NCBI RefSeq assembly: GCF_963853765.1
Contig: NC_088855.1
Span: forward strand, 58,280,001 to 58,344,000
Reading direction: 5' to 3'
From: Magallana gigas
Lineage: Eukaryota
DNA: 64,000 nucleotides
The first letter of the stretch is position 1. Every line of letters starts with the position of its first letter. Made by a program: the position numbers and the translations under genes. The notes beneath the pieces were generated by a model. It saw only the letters and a program-made list of their open reading frames with translations, was not told the origin of the DNA and did no database searches. Below are positions 36,364-49,920 of this stretch, piece by piece.

Positions 36364-37257
36364 CTATAGGTAGAAATACTTTTCCATTTTACAGCTAGAA
36401 CACACTTTAACTATAATAATGACAGGAGTCATAAATCAACTGTGGAATTTGTTCACAAAAAAGGATTAACACAAATTATAAATGAACTTCCTTGAGTGTA
36501 ATGTAAAAGGAGAAATAATGTAGCAGCCTGGGTTAGTAATTTAAGTTGTTGAACTGTTTTTAAGACAAGCCCTATGCCACTGATGATTAATTCAATTGTT
36601 ACAGATAGTATACGCATGTGTATGTAATTACAGAAGTGTTTTACCTAGGTGTGTTTACTAGTCAGAAAACCCTGTCTTCTTCAGGTAACAGGTTTGTTTT
36701 TTACCTGTGCATTATTAGAAATTATTATGATAGTGTAGTTATTATATAATATCGCCACAAACTTCTGACAAAGTACCAGGAATTGTTAAACTGTTGTAAG
36801 ATAGCCCAATCCCATCGTTTTTTGAATGATGTACATTTGTAGAATAAACTTGTCAATGATTAATGTGTGACGGCTCTAGTCATTGACTGAGACCCAGCCA
36901 TTCTGTTGATGGATGCCACTAACTATAATGTCACTAGGTCAGGATCTAAGAATTCAGGGCCTATGTAACATACATGAATATATTTCTCATAAAAAACACA
37001 ACTCGAAATACCAAACACCAAGATTTTTGTTTATTTCATAGTTTATATACTAGTATCCCATGCATTTGAAAACAACACAATTAAACGCAAGATTAATTAA
37101 TGACTATAGCATACTCAATTTCTTTCAGACAAATGTAAAATAGTTTCTTCACGCATTCCATTTTTATTCAACCGTTTGAAAAAGCACATATATTGTATAC
37201 ATTTGACTTGATTCAAGCTATGAGCTAATCTAGCAGTAGTGTTTGATAGAATGGTTG

Positions 37258-40200
37258 CTATGGAGATTCGGATGACTTCTGCGCATGATCATCCCTCTGG
37301 GAGTCGAATGAGCTGCTGAGTGGATCTCTGTCCTCCTCATCCTCCTCCTCCACAATGACCCTGACCTTGGGTTTGCTGGCCGGGAACTTCTCATTGTCGT
37401 ATTGACTGGACAGCAGGAACCCCCGCGCCTTTAGGAGTGAGGCATTCATGGCGAACACGTTGTCATAGAGGAGTCCGGCCACCAGCCCCCCGAGCAGCGG
37501 CCCCAACCAGTATACCTGATATAACAACACGATTCTTGCATTATCTGAAGAAATTATCATGTTAATACTGAAACAATGGTGTGGCAAAATATCTACCAAA
37601 ATATAGATTATAAACAAAATACAGAGAACGGCATTTTTTGCCTGAACAAATTTATTGTCGGTTATCCCCCCCCCCCCCCCCTTTGCCCTATGTGCCTGCC
37701 CGTGTAACAAGGATTGAAAGATGGGTATTATCCCATCTTTTAAAGGTTAATTTTTTTCTTCTTTACATATTGAATATTGCAGCTGAATCATCATACTTTG
37801 GTAACTGCGTGTCAATATATATGGCAGGCCAAATACAAAAATGAGCTAATCATAATTTCACTATCGATAAACTAGGTTTAACAGTTGTAAAATAATAGTT
37901 TACGGACAAAAAAAACCCCTATAGTTAACGTGATCACCTATGTTTCAAAAGTGTAAAGCTATATATATTAACACTTAAAACACCTATTCGCGATTGCAAA
38001 AAATAGTTTATCTGATAAATATAGATTTACGATTGTGAAACTATGATTAACAACTCTTAACTTTAGTCAACAAATGTGAATTATAGTTTATATTGTTTAC
38101 AGATGTTAATCTATATTTATCAGAGAAATCTTGTTAACAAATAAACTTAAACTGTAGTTTACAACCGTTAAATAAAGTTTTTTTTATGATGAAAGCAACT
38201 GAGTATTGTTAACAAATCGTTAACTATAGTTTACGGTTCGTTAACTATAGTTAACATTTAATTATAGTTTAGGGTTCGTAAACTACAGTTAACAGTCGAT
38301 AAACCAAGTTTGTCGTATGTGAAACTTTAGTAAACGCCGTGATTCAATATTTACCTCTGTAAATGATAGTTTACGCGATCATCAATGTTTCAGAAGTGTA
38401 AACTATCATTTGCTAGTTAAAACAACTTGCGATAGCAAAACATAGTTTTTATCTGATAAATATAGATTTACGATTGTGAAACTATGATTAACAGCTCTTA
38501 ACTATAGTAAAGCGTCAAAGGCCTTATAGGGCGAAAGATTTGACAGCCCACGATTGTAAACTCACTTATGTAATCGTTGTTTAAATAGATGTCACAAAAA
38601 TTGATCTGATAAAATGTTTACACGGTATACTCAACTCACTTTGGAATGTCTTATTTGTTGGTTAAGCCAATATTAAGGTCATTAAACCACTATGTTTGAC
38701 TAGACTACTTGATAAAGCATAAAGTAATGTTACAAGAATTGAACTATATAACCATATACGATTGCGATGCATGTAATTTATGTCTTCGTTTCAAGTTAAA
38801 AAGTACAAAATCAAGGTGACTGTCTGATACCTTGACACTTTCTGAAATAAGAAGATGGCTAATTAAACTGCAAAAATAACTAAATAAAAGTATAAAAAAG
38901 ATGTAGCGATATGTTGGTACAAAAAATACGTGAATTAATGCATTAACAGAAGTAAACTGCGCAGTTTTAAGGGTTTCCCTCGCATCACTCGCCTCTAATG
39001 TACCTCAACAAGCGAGTTAATTACAATGCCTTACATAAAAGAATCACCAAAAATGCATTATAGGTGCATTAATCACAGGAATTGATCGACAGAATAAAAT
39101 GCACACAATGTGTTACAATACAAATGCGTAGTAAGAAGGTTTTTGTATATCAATCAATTTTGAATTTAAAGATGCAGATGCATATCATTGCATAAATTAT
39201 GCGGGGCTTCAAACGATATTTTTAAAATGCATGTTTATATTTGACACCTTTATTGCTTTAAGAATGAAATGCGTTTTTCTTTTCCAAGATGTTGAATTTA
39301 ATTATCAATTACTAAGAGGAAACGAATAACAGCAATTTTGATTTATGGATAAAGATCTACTTGTTTGACTCCGTATTACTCTTTCAGATAACGTATCATG
39401 TAACTTTTTGTGCTCAAAAGGTAAAAGTCAAACCTCTTGTATAAACACCACGTGGGAATATGTGATGTTGCTTTGTTTCAGTTCTCCTTTTACTTACAGA
39501 CCAACAAGGGACACTTTCGGAATAGGTCTATCTTATTACACCAATAATTCAGGGCCTAGTCGGAGATAAAAGGCCCCTGCCTCGATCTTGGGCTACAGGG
39601 AAAAACAATTGTGCAATGTGTCTCAAATTCTATTTCACCGCAATTTGGTCAAATTATCTACTGACTGTCAGTTCAGAGGCAGAATGATTCACGTGTTCAC
39701 CTTTATAGATCTATATTAACGATGGAATCAACGCACGCTGCATCAATTAAAAGATTTAATTGCTTCCTCTGACTGATCTACGCCGCTGTGTTTCTGATTT
39801 ACTGTCAAAAATGCAAGGATGCAACGACATGAAAGTCTCGTCTCATTTAATACGCATGTTTAAGGGCTTACATGTAACAAGGTTTTTCCTTGCGTAAACA
39901 AATGCTATCCTGAATATGGTGAAGAGAAGTGAAAAAAAGTTCAAACTCAGGAAAGCCCGAGAACTTAGTACGATTGACTCAATGATACAATTGTTCCATC
40001 ATCGAATATTCTCTCTATCTTTTTGCAAATATCTTTAGTTAACACTCTAGCAGCTTTGCTCTTTTGCAAACTTTGTATATTTGCATCTTCGAGGAGAAAC
40101 ATGTTCTAAATACAGCGAAGTACATTAATTGAAGCGTTTAATAGGGAGTTACTCCAGAAAAGTTTCTACGTGATGTGTTTTGACTGACCTTTGTCCTATC

Positions 40201-43200
40201 AGATCGTAGCTGGGCGGAGTTAAGGCATTGCCGCTCGTGACTTGAATGAGAGAGAGAGAGAGAGAGAGTGAATTGAGTAAATTGTAAGTGTTGCCGATGA
40301 AGGAATAATCATTAGTTATAAACTTGCAAACAAATTAATTAAGGTCTGTATATAAAAATTACATGTATATCCTATATTGGTATAACTTTAAAGCGTTTTA
40401 AAGAACGACTGTGAAAATTTCTTTGGCCGCGCGCGTCGACAACATGTACATGGATAAGAATGACGTAGCTAACCAACTAAATTTCCTGGCATGGAGTCCG
40501 AGGATACGGGCATTAAATATTTTGAAATGCGAACGAATGATCACTTATGAACATGATGAATTTAGATGTAGTCTAAAGGAAAGGTAACGCAGGCGGATGC
40601 TTAGTGGAAAAATGAAACGATGGCGGACAAATTCGTCCTAAGGTAAAGAATGTTTCACACTGAGTAACCATGAAGAAAGTTTTTATACAAAGTAAATTTA
40701 CAACCTATGTTAAATTCCAGGAAGATTCGGCAAACTTTGATTTGATATTAACGGTAACACTTGACAGTTGTATTAAAAACAGTTTTATAAATACATTTGT
40801 ACAGTCTTTGATGTTTGACATTACCTCATCCTATTACTGATCTATATATAGACATCGTTGTTCCCTGGTTAAAGAATTTCAAAACACTTCAAAGTTTCAT
40901 AAATTTATAAGATATACTAGACCGTGATTTGTCATTTTGTAGGATAACTATTGTTAGATAGTTCGCTCATCTGCGTCATCTATAATTTACTCCATTAACC
41001 AGTTAACTCTCTCTCTCTTTTTCTCTCTCAAATTAAGTCACGAGCGGTAATGTCTCAACTCCGCCTTCTACAATCTGATTGGACAAATGTCAGTCAAAAC
41101 ATTACGTAACAACTTTTCTGGAGTAAATGCCCATTAAACGCTTTAATGTACCTTGCTGTATACTAATATAGGATATACATGTAATTTTTATATACAGACC
41201 TTAATTAATTTGTTTGCAAGTTTATAATTAATTCTTAATTAATGATTACTTCTTCATCGGCACCACTTATAATTTACTCAATTCTCTCTCTCTCTCTCTC
41301 TCTCATTCAAGTCACGAGCGACAATGTTTTAACTCCGCCCAGCTACGATCTGATTGGACAAAATAGTCAGTCAAAATATTACGTAGAAACTTTTCTGGAG
41401 TTAACTCCTTAATTAAACGCTTCGATGTACTTCGCTATATTACTGATCTAAATCTAGACATCGTTGTTCTCTCGTTAAGAATTTCAAAACACTTCAAAGT
41501 TACATAAATTTATAAGATATACTAGACCGTGATTTGTCATTTTGTAGGATAACTATTGTTAGATAGTTCGCTCATCTGCGTCATCTATAATTTACTCCAT
41601 TAACCAGTTAACTCTCTCTCTCTCTTTTTCTCTCTCAAATTAAGTCACGAGCGGTAATGTCTCAACTCCGCCTTCTACAATCTGATTGGACAAATGTCAG
41701 TCAAAACATTACGTAACAACTTTTCTGGAGTAAATGCCTATTAAACGCTTTAATATCAACAATAGTTATAAAATGACAAATCAAGGTCTAGTATATCTTA
41801 TAAATTTATAAAACTTTGAAGTGTTTTGAAATTCTTTAACCAGGGAACAACGATATCTATATATAGATAATGGGATGAGGTAATGTGTAAGAAACTGTTT
41901 TTAATACAAGTGTTACCGTTAGTATTCTAATCAAAGTTTGCCGAATCTTCCTGGAATTAAACATAGGTTGCAAATTTACTTTGTATAAAAACTTTCTTCA
42001 TGGTTACTCAGTGTGAAACATTCTTTACCTTAGGACGAATTTGTCCGCCATTGTTTTATTTTTCCACTACGCATCCGCCTGTGTTGCCTTTCCTTTACAC
42101 TACATCTAAATTCATCATGTTCATAAGTGATTATTCGTTCGCATTTCAAAATATTTAATGTCCGTATTCTCGGACTCCATGCTAGGAAATTTAGTTGGAT
42201 ATAAGCTACGTCATTCTTATCCATGTACATGTTGTCGACGCGCGCGGCCAAAGACATTTTCACAATCGTTTTTTAAAACGCTAAAGTTATACCAATATAG
42301 AATATACATGTTATTTTTATATACAGATCTTAATTAATTTGTTTGCAAGTTTATAATATTGATTATTTCTTCATCGGCACCCCTTATAATTTACTCAATT
42401 CACTCTCTCGCTCTCTCTCAAGTCACGAGCGGCAATGTCTTAACTCCGCCCAGCTACGATCTGATTGGACAAAGGTCAGTCAAAACATTACGTAGAAACT
42501 TTTCTTGAGTTAACCCCTATTAAACGCTTCAATGTACTTTGCTGTAACTATTGTTGATAGATAGTTCGCTCATCTGCGTCATCTCTAATTAACTCCATTA
42601 ACCAGTTAACTCTCTCTTTTTCTCTCTCTCAAATTAAGTCACGAGCGGTAATGTCTCAACTCCGCCTTCTACGATTTGATTGGACAAAGGTCAGTCAAAA
42701 CATTACGTAACAACTTTTCTGGAGTTAAACGCTTCAATGTACTTTGCTGTAGAACACACGCAGAACAATAACAATTACAGCGAAAGGGATTAAGTATGAA
42801 TATTCTAAAATCCTCACCTGATTCTGCCGTCTAATGTTTGGTCCAGATATGAAGTTGGTCACTCAATTTGAGTCCCCATTCTAAAACGATCACTTACCCA
42901 TGGTCTTGCTATATAAGCTGTATGTAAATGTGACGTGATGACATATTCAATGGTCTAGCTAAATAAGCCGTATATAGATGTCACGTGATGACTTATCAAG
43001 TGGTCTACCTAGAAAAGCCGTACAATGTACAGATGTCGCATGATGACTTACTAGCAAGATAAGCCCGATATAGATGTCTTGTGGTGATTTACTAGCTAGA
43101 TAAGCCCATATAGATGTCATGTGATGACTTATTAGATAGATAAGCCCATATAGATGTCATGTGATGACTTACTAGATAGATAAGCCCATATAGATGTCAT

Positions 43201-46014
43201 GTGATGACTTACTAGATAGATTAGCCCCTTGTAGATGTCACATGATGACTTACTAGCTAGATAAGCCCGATATAGATGTCACTGGTTGACTTTCTAGCTA
43301 GATAAGCCCATATAGATGTCATGTGATGACTTACTAGCTAGATAAACCACATATAGATGTCACGTGATGACTTACAAGCTAGATAAGCCCCATATAGATG
43401 TCACGTGATGACTTCCTACCTAGATAAGCCCCATATAGATGTCACATAATGACTTAATTACTAGTTAGATTATTCCCATACACATGTCGCATGATGACTT
43501 ACTAGCTAGATAATCCACATAATTTTATAGATGTCGCATGTTGACTTACTAGCTAGATGATCACCATGTAGATGTCACGTGACAACTTACTAGCTTGATT
43601 ATCCTTATATTAATGTCACGTGATGACTTACTAGCTAGATAATCCTTATATTGATGTCATGTGATGACTTACCCAGTGGTACTCCCAGTAATTCATGATG
43701 ACAGCGGGCCCAAAACTCCTGGCAGTATTCATGCTGGAGCCCGTGTACTGGATCTGCCGGGTACAAATATAATCAAATGAATAGCAATTTGATCAATCTT
43801 GGTACATTTCATAAATAGTAAAGTTTTTTCATTAGCGGATTTAAATGATAGTCGAAGATATCGAGAGAGAGAGAGATGAATGTAAATGTTTAGCAATCAC
43901 TGAGAAGATATATACTCAGTATCTGCAAGGACACCTTCGTTCTCCCGCCCCAGAGTTACCCATGGTTTCTGATAACCCGTATGACAAAACGATAAGAGAT
44001 ATCGAACAACTGAATCATCAAAAATAAATGTTGTACTTTTGTCGGAATCCAACTCGGTAAATATTTGAGATACCGTGCACTGTATATATACCCTGTGTGG
44101 TATTCTTCTAACATGTAAAGTGTCTGCCCCCTTTTGTCGACGCACGTGTAAAAAATATATAGAATGTATAGGCCTGCATGTATTTGTAAACCTTTACGGG
44201 TTAGAATGAAAAAAATGCCGCAAAAGAATATGTTTACATTTTTCTCAATTGAGTCATTCCTGAAACTAAAGTATTTTAAAGTAATATCTAGTAAGTATCA
44301 ATTGACGTGTTTTAAATATTACGTTTATCATCGTGTATTTCAAAATACATGCATCATTAACTTTCCATATTTATAGCTTTTAAAAAGAATTTTTAAAAAA
44401 TTCAAAACAACAAACATCAGGTTATACATGTAAGGATTCCAGGTAAGTCTATTAGTGAACGTGTTCTACGTAAAGGTGTCGAAATCAAATCATATCCGTC
44501 ATCCTTTTAAGACTAAGATTGCTTATATAACTTGCAGTTCATTAAGTTATGTAGTTTTGTGACGGATGGGGTTTTGGTATGTGCCTTAAACTCTCCGTGG
44601 GCGATCAGATGAATAATCAAAACAAAGATATTGTCATGTAACTGTAACACTTGATTGATAAAAACGCAATTCTAAATTGGAGGGGAAGAAAGTAAAAAAA
44701 AAAATTCTGTTGTATAAAAAATTTACACCACTTCCTCTTGTGCAATGACATCTTCAGAACAAGAAGAGGGACAGTTAACAGAAGTTTTACTGCGATGTTT
44801 ATTTCCATGAATATAATGTTTATCAAATGAAATGGTCCTTTATATTAATATATCAAATACCACCCCCCCCACCCCAATAATGTATCATGGTGTCAAAGTG
44901 TCTCGCTAAATGTCAAAATGTCAAGCTTTAATTGCCTGTTGGATTATTTCTTTATCTGAGTTATTTGGAAACTGTTTCAGTTTTCACTACTGGATTGGAA
45001 CTTTAAGAGGGGCAATCTGAATGTTGAATGTTGACCCCCTCCACAGATAACCTGGTTTATATATCACATCAAAGACAGAATCGGAGGCACGGTGACCCAG
45101 GGGGACTCTTCTTTATATACGGTAGCAGGGTACGACTTTCATTGTCAACCGATATCTGTCAAGTTCGATTTTTAACAATTTCCGAACACCTAACGAGTGA
45201 TGCTGTGAGTTTTGTTTATAGAATAATGGGAATTGTTCCGAAAATCTACTGCAACAAATCTCATAATTATACTTTAAAATCTCTAGTGGAGATAATTTTG
45301 AATAGAAAAATTTATCTTTAGAAAAGAATACATAGTTTCATTTCTACGTTTAGCTTCATAAGATTTATGTACCACTGATGTAAAACGCTTGAAACTTACT
45401 GCAAATAAATGGCACATTGTGACAGAGAGACCGATAGACAGCGGGAACGACCCGTTCAAGTCCTTCCTTTTCTTGTCACAGGACGCAAACACCGTCAGGA
45501 CCAATATCAGGGTGATGAAAAACTCCACTCCAAAGGCCTGGGCCCCCGTCAGCTCAGGGTTCACCATGGTCAGCCCCAGGGAGCCCCTGTGGCGGTGGCT
45601 GGCGGGGGTCAGCCCGTAAAGAATGGCGGCGCCAATGATGGCACCAATACACTGGCTCAGCAGGTAGAAGATGGCGCGCGCCAAACTGATGCTCCTGGTG
45701 ACGAAGAACCCGACGGTCACCGCGGGGTTGATGTGGCCCCCGCTCACGTGACCAATGATCCATACGGCGGTCGCCACACTGAGTCCGAAACACAGAGCGA
45801 TTTGCACCAACTTTCCATCATCGTCCCAAGTTACCACGGACCCGCATCCAACCATGGTCAGGATGAGGGTCCCCAAAAGTTCCGCACCCACGGCGCGCCA
45901 AAACCTAAGGGAGCGAATGTCATCTAGACTGGTTGCCATTCTGGCCTTGCAGAGTCTCCGAGCGCACCCTGACTGTCCAGAACCACTGCCTGAGTACTTA
46001 GTATCTCTGTTCAT
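37258..46014 (-). CDS. Aquaporin A (AQP4/AQP1-like water channel)
   Basis: Exons 46014-45400 (second in-frame ATG at 45939; SGGHINPAV), 43753-43673 (IQYTGSSMNTARSFGPAV) and 37515-37258 (VYWLGPLLGG..stop), all phase 0; ar/R filter residues F-H-S-R. Confidence 0.95.
40095..42750. repeat. Fold-back / segmental repeat complex in aquaporin A intron 2
   Basis: About 0.8-kb inverted arms (approx. 40095-40955 and 41755-42545), a ~320-bp direct duplication (40830-41150 vs 41440-41755), and six copies of a GTCACGAGC..ACTCCGCC..TGATTGGACA..TTACGTA module. Confidence 0.85.
42925..43672. repeat. ~40-bp minisatellite, about 18 copies, starting exactly at the aquaporin A exon 2 donor
   Basis: Unit GATGTCAYGTGATGACTTACTAGCTAGATAAGCCCATATA (period 40 at 43113, 43153, 43193); on the minus strand most units contain GTAAGT. 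Confidence 0.92.
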
Positions 46015-47632
46015 AAGCCGGGGAGGGGCTTCACTTATTACAGAACGCTAAGACTGAAGGAGTTGCATTAGGTTCCCTGACTGCGGACTATTTATCCTTT
46101 AAGAGTATTGTAAAAATCCGACATTCCAGATCCGTGTTCTCGCTCCCCCTTCAGATGGTCACCTTTACTACAGGTAAATCAGTATAGATATCAAACTACC
46201 CTGATCCCACGATAAACGGACGCGTCACGTGCAATAGGTGTATTCTGTACAGTCCTGGAAGATAGATGATCACTTGGCGTAATCCTCACCTTTATATAGA
46301 AGTAGTAAAGCGGTCGACACCACGCTCCGGTGAGGATAACACCGATCAAACAAATATTATAAATTGCCAAGACAAAAAACTAGTCCAATGGGGACTCATA
46401 GATGAGGTTTCGCTCTAATAATGATTATATTTAGTTTATAGAATTATAAATACACGAACACATGAACATGTATGGAGGTATTTGTTGGAGTATGGGATTA
46501 GCTCATTAACTAATGGTCAGTATTCGGACGCTCATAATGAAAACAGGAATCGGACTTCGAGGAGGGACAGTTCCCTTTATTGTATTCCAAACGTTAGGGA
46601 AACATGAAGAACAGAATAAACCCAACATCGGGGGGTTACAAGTACAGTAATATTACAGTAATATTACCAAGCATTCAGTATGGGATTGATTCGGTGTGTT
46701 TGATGTTAAGGATACTTATTTAGAGTAGACTTGTTTGCAGTGCATGCATGAGAAACCGATTTTTTTTTTGTAGTTTTATGTCAACAACACCCGGAGATAG
46801 GACAGAAATATGCCATTATATATATCTTATGTAATATTTCACCTAGGTGCATTCTAAGGTAGTGTAAAAACTTCTCTCTACCTGTGAAGTCAGTCCAAAC
46901 TACTGTTCAGAGAAAATCATGAACATTTTTTATTCATTGATAAAAACGGATGATAGATGGCTTATAAAATTGATACATTTGAATAAATTAATAATATCAT
47001 AAAATAGAGGGATGTTTTATTGACACATAATTTATACTATTCAACAATAAATGGTATATAAAAGAGAAAGTGGGTTTTATGTGGAGTAATAAGTCGTGAT
47101 TTTGTAGTTATAAATTCAAGAAAGTAAAAAAAGGGGGTGACACTTTTATGATTCAAAGGCCTTTGATGGTGAGGTAGACAGATAGGATTGTATGAAATAT
47201 AATTTTAAAAAGCAAATACATATGAACATGCAAAAGGGGACTATAAAATGATTGGACACTTATTGATCAGGTCTTTGGGTAGGTAACTGAGATTGTTGTT
47301 TCTCCGGTCTTTGCTGATAGGTTTTGTCAGCTTATTCTGAGGTTATTCATCGCAATCATTTTACCTTAATCCTTTCTCAATGATCCTTAAACTCAGCTTC
47401 ATTTGAAATCAATTTCACACAGATAAATCAACCCAAAATTCCAAGTCCTCTTGATAAATGGTCTCCTAGACTTCCAAGACAGTCTCTCGATTTATTACCC
47501 CCCCCCCCAAAAAAAAAATACCAAATTTATGGTCCTTCTCTCTAGCGAAAACATTCCTTGTATTACTGTACTATTTTTCGAATAAGACACGGACCTCTTG
47601 ATCCATGCCCATCTATGTATCTTCAGATGATA

Positions 47633-48355
47633 AAAATAGTGCCTGTTTTGGAGGGTATCCGTTGGAATTGCCAGAGAAAACCATTGTCAAGCGGAGGGTG
47701 ACAATGTTTTCGAGGGGTGTTAATTTGAACGGTTACCATAAAAAACAGGCACTATTTATTTTATTATACTGAATATCTTAATTTAATAGAAAATTTTACT
47801 GCTTTTATTTAGAAATAACGTGAATTCTACGGCGAACCGAAGGCGCGTACTTTACGTGCATGTAACAATTCGTTGTGTTACCCGTTGCCAAGTGTGTTGC
47901 TAACGCTGAGGGTAATAGAACGGATTATCAACTGCGTCTAAACCAATCAAATTTCAGTATTTAAAATGAAAGTATAATAAAGCATATTATTATACTTTCA
48001 TGTTAAATACTGAAATCTGATTGTATTAGACGCACTTAATAATTCGTTCTATTACCCTCAGCGTTAGCAACATCCTTGGCAACGGGTAACACAACGAATT
48101 GTTACATGCGCGTAAATTATGCGCGTACGGTTCGCCATAAAATTCAAGTTATTTCTATATAAAAGCAGTAAAGTTTTCTTTGAAATTAAGACATTCAGTA
48201 TAGTAAAATGAATAGTGCCTGTTTGGGAGGGTAAGAGTTGAAATTAACACCCCTCAAAAACCATTGTCAACCTTCGCTTCGCGTCGGTTGACAATGGTTT
48301 TCTCGGGGTGTCAATTTCAACTCTTACCCTCCCAAACAGGCACTATTTATATAAT
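47633..48355. mobile_element. Two head-to-head copies of a hairpin-ended non-autonomous element
   Basis: 47633-47980 is the inverse of 47986-48355 around the spacer AGCAT; each distal end is a ~125-bp hairpin AATAGTGCCTGTTT...AAACAGGCACTATT. Confidence 0.82.
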
Positions 48356-49882
48356 ATAATATTCCTCTAACTTCACATTTGCCACTTCTGTCACATAGTT
48401 GTACTTTTTGTGCCGTGCGGTAGTTGTACATGCAATCATCGCAATCAGAGCAATGGCAGTTCCTATAGCCACGTACACCAATATCACTGTTCATTGGCCG
48501 TCAAGTTAGATCGACCAGACGGTATTTTTGTCAATGGAAATGTTTATTTTATTTCATTACGCTCACATTTGAACGAACGTATTGTCTGATTGTCTTAAGC
48601 ATTTTGTTACATTAAATATTTGTAGATTTACTAAACCAAAATCAGTCAGTAAATACTCATCTTATTTTATTTGAAGAGCTGCGTAATTAAAAGACACTTT
48701 AACGACTCGGAGGCTCTTTGATGAACAAAGTACATAATAAATGATTTTATTGCAAGCAGGTGAGGTGTCATTAGGGACGACACGTTAAACCACCGTGCAC
48801 TCTAGACATTTGACCCTTTTTGTAGGACATGCAAGTTTGACATAACGGAATTTTAAAAACAGAAAGTGTGCATGTTCTCTAAAAGTTTTACTGCGACGTT
48901 TCACTTTTTTCCGAAAACTATGACATCTATACCTTTTTCGGTGTTTTTTTTCTTTCTTAACCTTCCTTTTTGTGGTCATTGTCTAGAGTATGCATACGTC
49001 TCGTGTCTTGATTTCGTAAAAAGTAAACAAGAAATCATATTGACGTAAGCGTCAAATGGGCCGCAAAAATATAATTGTTTTATGAATCATTGGTCGTTTA
49101 CATAAAAACACACCACAAAGAAGAAAATAAAAGTTGGTTGTACTAATTTTTATGGTAAATTTTAATATACTTTCAGCAGCTTGTTTTGAAGTTTAACATT
49201 TTACTATTATCATAAAGAATCGAGTTCGTTACTGAAAGCATTCCTAACGGTAATTGTATGATCATTGCGATAGTATGAAGTAATAATTTGATTTGTACAT
49301 TACTCTAATACAAAGTTCAACTCATCATTTTTCTCTTGGAGATTATGTATTTCAAACCATTTTGGTTTTTTGTTGTTGCATTGTATTGAATTAAAACTTG
49401 ATGCATTAGTTTTGGACCACATCATGAAGAAAAAATATATCATTTACATAAAATTTAATGACATTCAGGTCTTTAGTATTTCAGGTCTTTAGTATGTCCC
49501 GCATACCTATCCCGATGCCATTCTCTCACCCAGAGGTCGTGTTACACAAGCTCCGCTTACAGCTTGTGTAGCAGGACCTCTGGTGAGAGAATGATCCCAA
49601 TGCATTGTTTTGAAAAGAATGAAGAACTCCGAATCTTTCCGAATAGATTATAGTCTCGATAAAAACGCACCAAGCACGATAGTCTACTAAGTATGATCTA
49701 TTTTTCATTTACGAGTAAAACAAAAAATATGTGATAATTTTTAAAAGGCATAACACATATTTTTACATGCAATTTTTTTTTAATTCATAAAAAGAAGCAT
49801 AATATTAATTCTATTAAATAAGAAGTATCCCACAGAAACGCAGTAACAATATCTAAATAACGGACCGCCGGTAATGATCTCA

Positions 49883-49920
<38 letters not shown>

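Noticed and set aside
42030-42263. 77-aa ORF in the fold-back arm
   Set aside because: The inverted copy at about 40420-40640 has indels and a stop; no protein motif.
45389-46051. Plus-strand ORFs up to 172 aa over aquaporin A exon 1 (and similar ones over aquaporin B and the NHL gene)
   Set aside because: Shadow ORFs from GC-rich coding sequence on the opposite strand; no recognisable protein features.
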